Origin: a virus
Taxonomy: Duplodnaviria > Caudoviricetes
DNA: 64,000 bases
Virus record (IMG/VR): IMGVR_UViG_3300028048_000045
Coordinates: 1-64,000 of that record
Strand: one strand, 5' to 3'
Part shown: positions 18,879 through 29,636 of the stretch, in pieces
Layout of the letters: the number at the start of each line of letters is the position of its first letter
How positions within the stretch are numbered: position 1 is the stretch's first letter
Made by a program: the position numbers and the translations under genes
Notes under the pieces: generated by a model
What the model saw: the letters and a program-made list of their open reading frames with translations, nothing else
What the model was told of the DNA's origin: nothing
Database searches by the model: none

Positions 18879-19167
18879 AAATATTAAATCCTCGCTTTTA
18901 AGTTATATAATATTTGTATTTTTCATTATATAAATATATAAATGTGGGTTATTTTAACCCACATTTTATTTTTCACCTATCGAATAAACATAATCTTTAT
19001 TGATTATATTTTCAGTTTGTGATGTGAATTTATCATCATGTAATATACATTTACTTGGTGTAAATAATTCAACACATGTGCCTTTGAAAAATTTATTATT
19101 GTATATTTAAATATCGAAATAAAAATATTAAATAATAGAGACGTTCTTAAGAACGTCTCTATATTTT

Positions 19168-20094
19168 TTAAATAATTATAATTGCTCCATCAGGAATTAA
19201 TGTTTCTCCATATGGTTTTATATCGATATCGTTTCCTTTAAGTGATAAATACCGTTCATTGAAATCACTATAGTCTTGATAATTTCTATAGCTTGTTTGA
19301 TAATGGGGTTCGTCTATCCAAATAAGGTCATTAACATAATCTCGAGAATCGATAACATCTCCAACTTTAATTGAAGAGTCGAATACAAATTCTGGAAGTT
19401 GTCCAATGTACACATCGTTTATAATTTTCGAATTATCCGTCGCGCGTCCATTTAATAGGATGTTAAATGCTCCAAAATTTCCTACTTTTAGACCCTTAGA
19501 TGCGAATAAATCTGATATTTCTTGGTACCCATCGTTCCAAGTAGTATTAGCATCGATTTCCATTATATCGATAACTGTCCAAGTTACATATTGATGATCA
19601 TTTTCATCTTGTTTATGTTCTTCAGGATCACTTATAATATAAACTTTTATTTTATGACTTGATTTATTTATGATTGTTTGAGCTTTTTTAAGTGCACCAC
19701 TTCTTGTCAATCGGCTATAGAATTTTTTAATAGGAAATTCTATAGATGCAGATGAAGGATCATAGTCTTGATCCATTGGTGGATTATTATAATCTTTGAC
19801 ACATGAATCTAATTCATTTATAGTACAAGTGAATCTGATTATTTGATTAGACGCATATACACATTTTGCAGGCATATTGAATAATGATAAATCATTTTCG
19901 ATTGTAGTATTTTCTACAAGATAAGCTAATCTAGAAAATACTTTATCGCGCACACCGATATTACTAATTTGAATTGTGGTAGTTTCACCATCAACCCAAA
20001 TGTTTACATTTTCCGGATGTTTACCAATAAATTCTTCAATAGCAATATTAATATCGTCTACTGAAACTAAATCTTCTTCATTAAGATTATTCAT
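19168..20094 (-). CDS. Hypothetical protein
   Basis: 308-aa ORF with AGGAG RBS; terminator at 19135-19162. Confidence 0.7.
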   Translation of the reverse strand: MNNLNEEDLVSVDDINIAIEEFIGKHPENVNIWVDGETTTIQISNIGVRDKVFSRLAYLVENTTIENDLSLFNMPAKCVYASNQIIRFTCTINELDSCVKDYNNPPMDQDYDPSSASIEFPIKKFYSRLTRSGALKKAQTIINKSSHKIKVYIISDPEEHKQDENDHQYVTWTVIDIMEIDANTTWNDGYQEISDLFASKGLKVGNFGAFNILLNGRATDNSKIINDVYIGQLPEFVFDSSIKVGDVIDSRDYVNDLIWIDEPHYQTSYRNYQDYSDFNERYLSLKGNDIDIKPYGETLIPDGAIIII

Positions 20095-20118
20095 AATTTT
20101 TATCTCCTTAAAATAAAA

Positions 20119-20421
20119 TTATTTTATAAGTTTAACAATCATATTGTTCGTATATTCACCTAAAGAAATATCTGAACAATATGTTTTATAGAATATTGTA
20201 TCATTATTTTTTGATGATAACTCGATAATGTCTCCGATTTCATACTTTTTAGTATTTTTATAAACTGATACCGATGAATAATCGGTATAATATCTAAAAC
20301 CTAATGATGATAAAATACGTTCTAATCTATCAAAAACTATAGGTTTGTATCGATATATTGAAACAATTTTTAATTTATCTGGCGAATCGTCAGAATTTTT
20401 TACTATATATAATGTGAACAT
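20119..20421 (-). CDS. Hypothetical protein
   Basis: 100-aa ORF; late-type promoter at 20440-20452. Confidence 0.65.
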   Translation of the reverse strand: MFTLYIVKNSDDSPDKLKIVSIYRYKPIVFDRLERILSSLGFRYYTDYSSVSVYKNTKKYEIGDIIELSSKNNDTIFYKTYCSDISLGEYTNNMIVKLIK

Positions 20422-20439
20422 TTTATTTCCCTCTCGTTA

Positions 20440-20482
20440 TATATTAAAATGTTAAAGTTCTACCTCGTAACAATCAAATATA
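20440..20482. promoter_or_regulatory. Divergent pair of late-type promoters
   Basis: ACAttttaATATA on minus (20440-20452) and ACAatcaaATATA on plus (20470-20482). Confidence 0.7.
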
Positions 20483-20501
20483 ACTATTAAAGAGGGTAAT
20501 T

Positions 20502-21974
20502 ATGCCTAAAAAGTTCAATGATTATGACGATGATAGTGATTATTTATCAAATATACCTATAACTGAACGAATAACTACACCTCAAACAGATACTGTACAA
20601 AGTAATACTGAAGATATGTTATCTGAAATAGTTGATGAACGAACTAAAATGAAAAATACCTCCATGATGGAGATGGTAGGAGTTCTTACAACTGTTACAT
20701 ATTATAGATCTGTAAAAGATCCTCAAAATAATTATGCTTCAGATTCTAATGGACCAAATGGTGTAGCTTTAGATACTAAGAAATATGATGAAATTTCTAA
20801 ATTTAAAGTTAAGATTAATGGTGCCGCTAATTTTGGACAGGAAGGTGAAGAAGATAATAAATCTTACGAATCTAGTGGTTCATTAATTATATTACCTCGT
20901 ACTATTAAACCTGTTGAAGGTGATTTATTTGTAATGTCTTATTATGGTAGAGATGTCTGTTATAAAATTTCTACTGTTGAGACAAAAGCATTTGAACAAG
21001 ATTCTGGTTTTGAATGTCAGTATGTACAATATAAAGAAGATTATAGACTCCCAGAGACTATGATTGCTTCTAAATACATTTATTACCATGAATTTGTAGG
21101 AACGACATATAGACCAGTTTTAACATTAAAAGAATATGAAAACATTCAACATTTGGGAGATTTGTGTAATCATATCTCTCAAGTATTTAATGATCTTTTC
21201 TATGATAAAACTGTAAATGGATACTTATACAAGAATTATGATGTTCAAAAACGTGGTAAAGATTACTTATTGGACAATAATAATATAAATACTCTTGGCA
21301 AACGTGGTGGAATATTCCGCGGAAATTATGATGGAGATTCTTTTGCATACCAAAATATGCCTAGAATTGTTAGAAAAGAAGATATAGCATATGATAATAT
21401 GTTAAATCACTTTATAACAAAAAATCGTATTTTCCGTAAATATGATGGAGTTACTCTATCAGTAGAAGCATTACTCAATTTGGATCGTGTGGGTTATAAA
21501 AGATCTATTTTTAATTGTTTAGAGACAAGAACGGTTGCTAACTTTAAGAATACGTTCGTTTCGCCAGTTAATATAGCATATATGCAACACGGTGTTCCAT
21601 CTTATTTAGTTGGTAAGAAGAATGTAATTTATTCAGATGTACCGATTATGAATTGTGTACCTAATGAAGAGCAAATATTCCCAGCTAAACTTACAACTAA
21701 TATTCTGAATGGAAATAAATCTGAAATGCAAGAACCTTGTAGTAATAAGGTTTATAGTTCTATAGAATCTATGATAATTGAAACAATTGTCAGATTTGTT
21801 TATAAACAAACCCATGATTTTATAGATCGTTTTGAATATTTGTATAACAATATTGATAAGCTCTATGAGCACAATATTAAATATGCAGATATTTATTATC
21901 TATTCCCAATGTTAGGTTATGTAATAGAGAAATCTTTGGAAGAAATCTACAGCGATAATATTTTGCTGAGATAA
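20502..21974 (+). CDS. Virion structural protein (neck/head-closure-like)
   Basis: VTYY...ILPRTIKPVEGDLF...YKISTV pattern as in jumbo-phage neck-like proteins; late promoter. Confidence 0.5.
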   Translation: MPKKFNDYDDDSDYLSNIPITERITTPQTDTVQSNTEDMLSEIVDERTKMKNTSMMEMVGVLTTVTYYRSVKDPQNNYASDSNGPNGVALDTKKYDEISKFKVKINGAANFGQEGEEDNKSYESSGSLIILPRTIKPVEGDLFVMSYYGRDVCYKISTVETKAFEQDSGFECQYVQYKEDYRLPETMIASKYIYYHEFVGTTYRPVLTLKEYENIQHLGDLCNHISQVFNDLFYDKTVNGYLYKNYDVQKRGKDYLLDNNNINTLGKRGGIFRGNYDGDSFAYQNMPRIVRKEDIAYDNMLNHFITKNRIFRKYDGVTLSVEALLNLDRVGYKRSIFNCLETRTVANFKNTFVSPVNIAYMQHGVPSYLVGKKNVIYSDVPIMNCVPNEEQIFPAKLTTNILNGNKSEMQEPCSNKVYSSIESMIIETIVRFVYKQTHDFIDRFEYLYNNIDKLYEHNIKYADIYYLFPMLGYVIEKSLEEIYSDNILLR

Positions 21975-21999
21975 ATATTTTTGTTAAGGAGAAATCAAA

Positions 22000-22824
22000 A
22001 TGGCTAAAGGATATTTTGATATTTTTTCTATGGAATCTGACAACGATGAAATCGATGTTGGAATGAACGATCTCGTAAAAGACGAGACAGACGTTGTAGA
22101 AGATGCTGGTTCTGATACTGAAGTAGTAGATATGAATCCTTCTACATCAGAAACTTCTCACAATGAAGAAGCTTCTGCTGGTGGAATCGCTACAGGTTCT
22201 AACCAGGACGATCTCGAAATGGATCCAGTTGCTGCTTCTGAAGCATTCATTCGTCGTAACTTCGGTCTGTCTGTAGAAGACATGGAAGAAGTTGTTGAGG
22301 AAAAGGTTGCTGAAGCTGCTGTTATTCCTTCTGCTGATGAAGAAGCTGCTGCTTCTCCAGTTGCTCAGGATGTAGCTGATGGTGTAACAACTATCAATAT
22401 CGTTCCTGCTGAAGGAACTACTGCTGTTCCTGTTGACCCTGCAAGTGAAGTTTCAGAAAACGTTGAAGTTCCTATCGAAAGCGAATCAGACGTAGCTTCA
22501 ATTGAAAATCTTCACAAGATCTTCTCTCGTGAAGACGGTGAACCTGATGAATCTGCTTCTGGTGCAGATGTAGAATTCTCAGTTACTACACCTAATAACA
22601 GCATGGATTTTGAAATGGAAGGAAAGGCTGTAACAATTGAACCGACCGGTGATACAGGTGGTGAACCAGCTGAAAAAGCTCCTGCTGAAGGCGAAGGTGA
22701 AGAACAGCCTGCTGAAGGTGGTGAAGCTGAAGAAGGTGGAGAAGCTCCTGCTGAAGAAGGAAATGATGTAGGTGAGGAACCTGAAGCTGGCGCTGAATCT
22801 TGGCGTGATGCTTGGACTTTCTAA
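22000..22824 (+). CDS. Highly acidic head-associated protein with repeated S/A-x-E putative processing sites
   Basis: FSME, LSVE, ASIE, FSRE, GAE motifs; highly expressed-type codon usage. Confidence 0.55.
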   Translation: MAKGYFDIFSMESDNDEIDVGMNDLVKDETDVVEDAGSDTEVVDMNPSTSETSHNEEASAGGIATGSNQDDLEMDPVAASEAFIRRNFGLSVEDMEEVVEEKVAEAAVIPSADEEAAASPVAQDVADGVTTINIVPAEGTTAVPVDPASEVSENVEVPIESESDVASIENLHKIFSREDGEPDESASGADVEFSVTTPNNSMDFEMEGKAVTIEPTGDTGGEPAEKAPAEGEGEEQPAEGGEAEEGGEAPAEEGNDVGEEPEAGAESWRDAWTF

Positions 22825-22843
22825 TTTATAAGTTTCCTTATTG

Positions 22844-22878
22844 TAACTAGGTGTAGAAATCTACACCTAGTTTACTTT
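22844..22878 (+). terminator. Intrinsic terminator
   Basis: aactaggtgtaga-aa-tctacacctagtt. Confidence 0.7.
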
Positions 22879-22915
22879 TTAATTATTAACTATAACAATA
22901 TAGGAGAAATATATT

Positions 22916-23596
22916 ATGGCTAAGAAAAATTCACAAATTTCTGACGATGAAATTTACGAAACAACTGAACAGGTTGCTGGAGAACCAGTGGGTACTGATG
23001 TAAATCCTGATGGAATTACAATCGACCCTTCAACTGGTGATTCTGAAAAAGTTACTGTAGAAACAGATGAAAAACCTGTAACTCCAGATGCTACAGAAAC
23101 ACCTGTAGTTGAAGATCAGGCTCCGGTAATGGATGAACAGAATCCTAAACCTGTAGTTGAAAATCCAACTCCAGATACTACTACTGAAACTCCAGTTGAT
23201 GAACAGAATCCTGTAGCTCCAGTTGATGAAGAAACAGGTGGTGATACAGATCCTGTAGATAATGAAAAACCAACTGATAAAGAATCTGTTAAAGTTAACG
23301 AATTTAAACGTTTCAATATCCGCTTTGGTTATTCTATCGATAGTAGATCTACTACTGCTCGTCGTACACTTTCTACAACAGAAATTGTAAAACAGTTTGT
23401 AAAAGCACCTACATGTTTCATCGCACTTGAAACAAAAGAAGATCTTAAAGATTTTGAAACTATTCTTAATGCTAAAACTATCAAAGTTGAAGATAAAGAT
23501 GGTAAACTTGTAGACTTCTCAGATGCTGCTAAGAAACATCTTGTTGCACGTATAAAAGATTTGTCTACATATTGGATTGCTAGAAATTCTAAATAA
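22916..23596 (+). CDS. Hypothetical protein with acidic/Pro-rich N-terminus
   Basis: 226 aa; AGGAG RBS; TETPV/DEQNP repeats. Confidence 0.75.
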   Translation: MAKKNSQISDDEIYETTEQVAGEPVGTDVNPDGITIDPSTGDSEKVTVETDEKPVTPDATETPVVEDQAPVMDEQNPKPVVENPTPDTTTETPVDEQNPVAPVDEETGGDTDPVDNEKPTDKESVKVNEFKRFNIRFGYSIDSRSTTARRTLSTTEIVKQFVKAPTCFIALETKEDLKDFETILNAKTIKVEDKDGKLVDFSDAAKKHLVARIKDLSTYWIARNSK

Positions 23597-23604
23597 GGAA
23601 ATTT

Positions 23605-24282
23605 ATGGCAGTAGATACTTCAAAATTCACGATTGATACGCCAGTTTGTATCAAAGTCAAAACTCCTGGATATTGGTTTCCTGAATTTAGTACATATTCA
23701 CCATTAGAATTATATGCCCCTATAGAAAAAGTAATAGCTATTCTGAATAGGGGTATATCAGTTGAGTTCCCTCAACAGTCTTCTAAAAATGAAATTTCTA
23801 ATAAAATAGAAGAATTTATTATTGAATATGAATTAAAACGACAGAAAGCTGAAAAGAAAGGTTATGTTGACGCTAATAGAGTTGATACTGCTATAGAACT
23901 TATACAAGAAATTAATGATTCTAAAATCACTCCTAAAGAAGAACTTGAGGAACGTGAAAAGCACTTATTCGATTACTCGGATATTACTGATAGAATCGTT
24001 AATAATCTTAGTAATCAAATGTTCGATAGGGTATTTGATAGTGATGACTTTATTTCAGCTGAAGAACGAATTAAGAAAGCTGATACTGCTAGAAAGCATA
24101 AAGAAATTCTTGATGCTCGTAAAGCAGAATCTAGAAGATTACTTAGTTACGAAGCTGAAGCTATCGATAAACTCGTTAAAGATGCGAAATGGGAAGATGA
24201 AGCTGTTATGGAAGTTAATGATTTACCAATTGTTGATCCAATTACTGCTTCAGACATGCCTAAATACAACAAACGAAAATAA
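23605..24282 (+). CDS. Hypothetical protein
   Basis: 225 aa; RBS; terminator at 24298-24329. Confidence 0.75.
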   Translation: MAVDTSKFTIDTPVCIKVKTPGYWFPEFSTYSPLELYAPIEKVIAILNRGISVEFPQQSSKNEISNKIEEFIIEYELKRQKAEKKGYVDANRVDTAIELIQEINDSKITPKEELEEREKHLFDYSDITDRIVNNLSNQMFDRVFDSDDFISAEERIKKADTARKHKEILDARKAESRRLLSYEAEAIDKLVKDAKWEDEAVMEVNDLPIVDPITASDMPKYNKRK

Positions 24283-24361
24283 AAAAAAATATATTAATAG
24301 AGATCCACCCTATGAGGTGGATCTCTATATTGTTATCACATTAAGCTTAACGTTTATTTAT

Positions 24362-24757
24362 TTAAGCGGCAAGAGTTTTGACACCGTCGATAATCTTACC
24401 AATTGCAGGTGCAGCTTTTGCAACTTTAACACCAATTGTCAAACCTTTGTTAAGATCCTGGAGCATCTTCTTACTTCCAGCAAAGTTAACTGTAACATTT
24501 GGACCTACTTTTGTTTTTGTTCCATCAGCATTTGTACGTTCACCATTTTCATGGTAATTCATTTTAACGGCACAAAGACCTGTTTCAGCGATTACTGTTT
24601 TAGCACCGCCATCATTGATCTTTTCCAATGCAAGATTTGTGATAACACCAGGAATAGCTTTGTCAAGCTTATCGATGTCCTCTGTTTTTAAACCTGTTTG
24701 ACTTGCTGCTACTGCAATCCAATCAGATCTTTTAATTGTAGCAATTTTATCAGCCAT
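24362..24757 (-). CDS. HU/IHF-like histone-like DNA-binding protein
   Basis: IKRSDWIAVAASQTGL...GLCAVK...ERTNADG...VTVNFAGSKKM fits the HU fold; start MADKI behind AAGGAGG. Confidence 0.65.
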   Translation of the reverse strand: MADKIATIKRSDWIAVAASQTGLKTEDIDKLDKAIPGVITNLALEKINDGGAKTVIAETGLCAVKMNYHENGERTNADGTKTKVGPNVTVNFAGSKKMLQDLNKGLTIGVKVAKAAPAIGKIIDGVKTLAA

Positions 24758-25028
24758 GTTAGTGGCCTCCTTATAAATATATTTATAAGAGTATATAAAA
24801 CTCCTATTCACGATTAAAATATATAAGTGAAAAATAAATTAGCGGTATATGAAGACATATACTTGTAGGAAAACTATTTAAAAATTTTCCTACAAGTTAT
24901 ACTGAGAACCATTTCATTCACCCTAATTGTATTTACTCATTATATTGTGATACTGAATTTAAAAAGTTATTTTCTATTTATTTTAAAATATATTTATATA
25001 ATATTTGACTGAGGTTAAAGTAAGAATT

Positions 25029-27764
25029 ATGGTTAATTTAGTACGTATTAAACTTGTTAATTTTATAGGAATTTGGCACGGTACCAATCGAGAATTGACA
25101 GAAATTGAAATAGATAGAACTAATTCTCCAAATAATATTATTTTGATATTAGGTGAGAATGGTTCAGGTAAAACTTCTCTTATGGCTGAAATGACACCAC
25201 TTCCATTGGAACACGTTGGTGATAGAACAAAATCTAGAATTATTCCAGATAGAGTTGGTGTTAAAGAATTAGATTATCTTGTAGATGGATTTATTCTTTA
25301 TAAAATTAAAATTATCTATGATCCTAAGAAAACTACTAAATGTTTTATTAAGAAATGTGTAGATGGAAAAGAAATAGATTTGAATCCTAATGGAAATGTT
25401 GAAAGCTATCTCGAAATAATTGAGAATGAACTTCATATGTCTAAGAATTATACAAATGTTGGATATCTTTGTGGTAGTGGTGGAGCTAAAGATTTTGTTA
25501 GTATGAAACCTGCTGAAAGAAATAATTATATTTCTGAATGGATGCCTGAAATTTCTGAATTCTTAGATGCTTATAAAAAATCTGCAAAAATTATCAATAA
25601 GCTTAAAAAGGAAATTGATAATTATAATAAACAGATTGGTAATATGAGTTCTATAAATTATGAACTTGAATTAAATTATGTCGATACCAATATAGCTTCG
25701 ATAACTAAAAATTTAAAAGAAGTTGAAACTAATATAACTCAATTACTTACATACAATTCGCAGTTTGAAAAATATGTTTTGTCTGATAGAGAATTGAATG
25801 ATAAGAAAACTAAATTAATCAGTACTATTAGAGAATTGAATAATAAAAAAGATGAGATTATGGAAAAATGGAGTAAATTTAATATTCCTAATACAAGTGA
25901 TCCTATTCAATTCCAAAAAGAATTAGATATGATTCAACGAAAAGAAAATGATTTAATTCAACAGATTCAATCTATTGAAGATAAAATGTCATTGTTATCA
26001 TCAGAAATATCTTCATCAAAAGCTATGTTAAATACAGATGAAAGAATTTCAAGAATGGATTTAAATAGTATTTATAATACAATTGATTCTAATAATGAAC
26101 TCTTGAATACTATAAATAAATCTATAGTTGAAATCGAGAATAAATATGAATTGTCTGAAGATCAACTTAAAACTGATTCATCGGTAATATCAGATACTAA
26201 TACAATGTTACAAATTCTTGATGATAGATTTATTCAATTGAATAATTTGGTTCCAATGGAAACAATCATAGACATGGGTCAATTAGAAAAATCATTATCG
26301 GACAAGAATGAAAGATATCAATTAGTTGATAATCTTAAGAAAACAGCAAATGAAAAACTTACATTTGTAAATAATGAAATTTATAAATATGAACATGGTA
26401 ATCTTGATACTGAGATTCTTATGAAGCGACCAAAGTTCTGTGCAACCCATCAATGTGGTATAGTTGACGAATTGTTAAAGTATCTTAATCCTAAAGATAA
26501 TTTAACTGAGCTTTATAATGAATCTACAACTATTCAAAAACAAATTTTTGATTATGACTCGGAACTTACAGAAATTAAAGAATCTTTAGAAAATATGAAA
26601 AAAGGGCATCAGATCTATGTTGAAATTGAGGATTTTTTGATGAAAAATACTGATAAAATAGGTAAAATGCCTACTGTAATTTCTGATTATTTTACTAAAG
26701 AGCTTTATACAGTATACGTACATATCAACGATATAAAAGGTATTATTAATGATATTACTGAGTATTCATCACTTTGTGTAAAACGTGATGATATTAGTAA
26801 ATCTATTAATGATCTTGAAAATATAAAATCGTTAGTATTCACAAATAGTAAGCTCAATGAAAAGATTAAACAATCTCTTCAAAACTATGAAGAATTAAAA
26901 TCTTTAAAAGAATCTTGTTATAATGAATACGATCAAGTACATAATTTGGTAATATCATATAAGAATGCTGAATCATTAATAGTTGAACGTGAAAATGAAA
27001 TAAGTGATATTAATTATCGAATAAAACAAACACTTATTGATAAACATAATCTTCTTCAGATTGCTAAAGTTAATTATGTATACAATTCTAATAAAAATTA
27101 TATTGAAACCAAACTCAATAAAAAGAAATTGGAATATGAAAAAGAATTAACTGATTTAAATAAGAAACGTGATGAAATGACTACATTCTATATCAGTAAA
27201 CGTCAGATTGAAAAAATGCGAAATGAACTTCAAGAACAATTTAATCGTATTAATATTCTTAATAAAATATGGTCTCCTAAAGTAGGATATCCTAGTTGGA
27301 AAATTGAAAGTTTCTTAAATGAACTTACAGTTAAAACTAACGAAGATCTTAATAACATGTGGGGAGAAAATATTAAAATTGAAAAATTTAATATTGATGA
27401 AAATGAATTCAGTATTAGAATAAATAAGAATGGTGAAACTATTCCGGATGCATCTGTATGTAGTCAGGGTGAAACAAAAACAATTACAACTGCTATTAGT
27501 TTCAGTATTATTGAAAGTAATGTTGATAAGGGCGGTTATGATGTTTTACGTCTTGATGAAGTCGATGGAGCGTTCGATGAAACTCGTCGTAGAGGATTCA
27601 TGGATGTTATTCAGAACCGAATAAATGAAATGGGATGTGAATCATGTTTCATTATTACACATAATGGTGAATTTGAAGATATTCCGTGCGATATTATTCT
27701 TATGAAAGATGCTAAAATCGATGAAGAGAAACTTAAAAATAAAAATATCTTATTTAGATATTAA
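25029..27764 (+). CDS. sbcC: SbcC/Rad50-like SMC ATPase
   Basis: Walker A GENGSGKT, long coiled coils, central CxxxxC hook, signature CSQGE, Walker B LDEVDGAFD, ITH. Confidence 0.9.
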   Translation: MVNLVRIKLVNFIGIWHGTNRELTEIEIDRTNSPNNIILILGENGSGKTSLMAEMTPLPLEHVGDRTKSRIIPDRVGVKELDYLVDGFILYKIKIIYDPKKTTKCFIKKCVDGKEIDLNPNGNVESYLEIIENELHMSKNYTNVGYLCGSGGAKDFVSMKPAERNNYISEWMPEISEFLDAYKKSAKIINKLKKEIDNYNKQIGNMSSINYELELNYVDTNIASITKNLKEVETNITQLLTYNSQFEKYVLSDRELNDKKTKLISTIRELNNKKDEIMEKWSKFNIPNTSDPIQFQKELDMIQRKENDLIQQIQSIEDKMSLLSSEISSSKAMLNTDERISRMDLNSIYNTIDSNNELLNTINKSIVEIENKYELSEDQLKTDSSVISDTNTMLQILDDRFIQLNNLVPMETIIDMGQLEKSLSDKNERYQLVDNLKKTANEKLTFVNNEIYKYEHGNLDTEILMKRPKFCATHQCGIVDELLKYLNPKDNLTELYNESTTIQKQIFDYDSELTEIKESLENMKKGHQIYVEIEDFLMKNTDKIGKMPTVISDYFTKELYTVYVHINDIKGIINDITEYSSLCVKRDDISKSINDLENIKSLVFTNSKLNEKIKQSLQNYEELKSLKESCYNEYDQVHNLVISYKNAESLIVERENEISDINYRIKQTLIDKHNLLQIAKVNYVYNSNKNYIETKLNKKKLEYEKELTDLNKKRDEMTTFYISKRQIEKMRNELQEQFNRINILNKIWSPKVGYPSWKIESFLNELTVKTNEDLNNMWGENIKIEKFNIDENEFSIRINKNGETIPDASVCSQGETKTITTAISFSIIESNVDKGGYDVLRLDEVDGAFDETRRRGFMDVIQNRINEMGCESCFIITHNGEFEDIPCDIILMKDAKIDEEKLKNKNILFRY

Positions 27765-27776
27765 GAGGAGTAAAAT

Positions 27777-28016
27777 ATGACAGCCACAGAAAAATATCTT
27801 GAAATGAATAATCAGTTTTGTAAATTGTGATATGCTATTTATAATACAAATGTTGCTGAAACTGATGAAGATCCAAAATGGGAACCACAAATTCAAACAG
27901 CATTATTCGTATTAGTGTCATATCTTGATTACTATAAAGAAAATAACAAAGTGAAATCTCGTGTAAAAGGTGAAACTCCACAGATGCATTTAGTTGAAAA
28001 TAACAAAAATATCTAA
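27777..28016 (+). pseudogene. Small gene with one in-frame TGA
   Basis: GAGGAG RBS; MTATEKYLEMNNQFCKL-TGA(27828-27830)-YAIYNT...NKNI-TAA; frame stays open for 61 more codons. Confidence 0.65.
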
Positions 28017-28042
28017 AATAGATATTAGGTAGGAGTAAAGAC

Positions 28043-28291
28043 ATGTGTGAAAAATATAAGAATAAAAAGATCTTCATATGTCATGTGTATGGTATGGATA
28101 ATAAATATTCCATTTTAGCTAAAAATGATGAAGAAGCTAAGAAAATAATGGTTAAATTTTTAAATAAAACTTATGGACCATTTAATCTGCCACACACGGT
28201 TCCATATGATAATAATGATATTTATTGTATGGATATTGAAAGTATAAAGGAAGATATGATTAAAGAAAATAACGAAATCGAAGTATTGTAA
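28043..28291 (+). CDS. Hypothetical protein
   Basis: 82 aa; AGGAG RBS. Confidence 0.7.
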   Translation: MCEKYKNKKIFICHVYGMDNKYSILAKNDEEAKKIMVKFLNKTYGPFNLPHTVPYDNNDIYCMDIESIKEDMIKENNEIEVL

Positions 28292-28337
28292 AAAAAATAA
28301 TATTATAAAGTAGGACTGAGTCCTACTTTATATTTTT

Positions 28338-28511
28338 TTAACGTATTGGATAAGGAATATGGTGTGGTTCATCTAATGGTGTTCTACATGAAGGGTCTAC
28401 ACCATTTGGACGTTTCTTTTTCCATTTTTCTTCTTTTTCTTTAACATCTTTAATACTTTTTTTACGATACTCTTTAATTTCAGCATCAGTCATATGAGCA
28501 TAACTAACCAT
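28338..28511 (-). CDS. Small basic hypothetical protein (57 aa)
   Basis: MVSYAHMTDAEIKEYRKK...HHIPYPIR; GGAG RBS; below ORF-track cutoff. Confidence 0.6.
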   Translation of the reverse strand: MVSYAHMTDAEIKEYRKKSIKDVKEKEEKWKKKRPNGVDPSCRTPLDEPHHIPYPIR

Positions 28512-28535
28512 TCTTTTTTCTCCAATTTTAAAATA

Positions 28536-29636
28536 TTATTTATACATATCTCTTAAATAATTATTAATATTATTTTCAAGAGACTGATATACTTTTATGT
28601 TATTTTCATATCTATTGTAAAGATCTGAAGAAATAGCATCGATTGATTTATCTTTATAAATTTCGATATATTTATCGGAATCAACCGGAATTATATTGAA
28701 TTGATTAGTTAGTAAGAATCTTGATTTATTCTCATTTGAAGCTATATCAGTGTAAATATCATTTACTGTAGTTCGTAAAATATCATTTGTATCATATTCT
28801 TCAACTTTACGTTCTTCATCAGCTAAGAAAGCTTTGTAAATTGTTTCAGATGGTTTAAATGTAAACCAGATTATTTTAGGATTACAATAATTAATTTGAT
28901 CATTGAAACAAGATTCTTCATAATTTAAAACGTTTGGTATGATAGAATTTAATTCATCGATTTCACTTTCAGTATGATGTAATTGAGCTGCAGCTAGATA
29001 ATCTGTAATTCTTTCAAATAATTTATTATCTGATATAGTACTTGGTAAATGTAAATTATAAACTATACCACTAATGATAAATCTATCAAATACTAACAAA
29101 ACATTAGGTTTTTCTGTTTGTTCGAAATACATATGTAAAATATCTATATCATTTTCAGTTTTATTCATTTTACAACCATTGAACCATATTTCACAATTTT
29201 TATTTTCAATAAGTTGTTTTGGAGATATTCCATATTTAGGTGTAAGTGTATTTACATGAAGGCATGTAGTTATAGCTGTATCATATTCTTTACCAGAAAG
29301 AAGATTTTTTAAAACATATATAAATAACATTTTGTCAACATGGTTTAAATATACATTTTCACGAAGAATTTTATTTAATTCTTCAATTTTTTCACTATTA
29401 ATATTTTCCATGTATTCTTTAGAATAAATTGTATTTACAAGATTATTATAATTATCCTTTAATAAATCGTGACCTAATGAATCGAATGGAAAATGGATTT
29501 TGATAATAACATCATGTAGATCATTTTTTGCAACTTTCTCAATAAATTTATCAACCTGTGTTGATTTACCACAACAATCCGGGCCTTCAAAAACAACAGC
29601 TGATACACGTTCGAATTTATCATTTTTATTATACAT
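28536..29636 (-). CDS. Thymidylate-kinase-family dNMP kinase
   Basis: VVFEGPDCCGKSTQ P-loop, HFP, FDRF motif; large insertion between motifs. Confidence 0.75.
   Translation of the reverse strand: MYNKNDKFERVSAVVFEGPDCCGKSTQVDKFIEKVAKNDLHDVIIKIHFPFDSLGHDLLKDNYNNLVNTIYSKEYMENINSEKIEELNKILRENVYLNHVDKMLFIYVLKNLLSGKEYDTAITTCLHVNTLTPKYGISPKQLIENKNCEIWFNGCKMNKTENDIDILHMYFEQTEKPNVLLVFDRFIISGIVYNLHLPSTISDNKLFERITDYLAAAQLHHTESEIDELNSIIPNVLNYEESCFNDQINYCNPKIIWFTFKPSETIYKAFLADEERKVEEYDTNDILRTTVNDIYTDIASNENKSRFLLTNQFNIIPVDSDKYIEIYKDKSIDAISSDLYNRYENNIKVYQSLENNINNYLRDMYK

Noticed and set aside
23915-24691. 258-aa plus-strand ORF
   Set aside because: Overlaps two better-supported genes and crosses a terminator.
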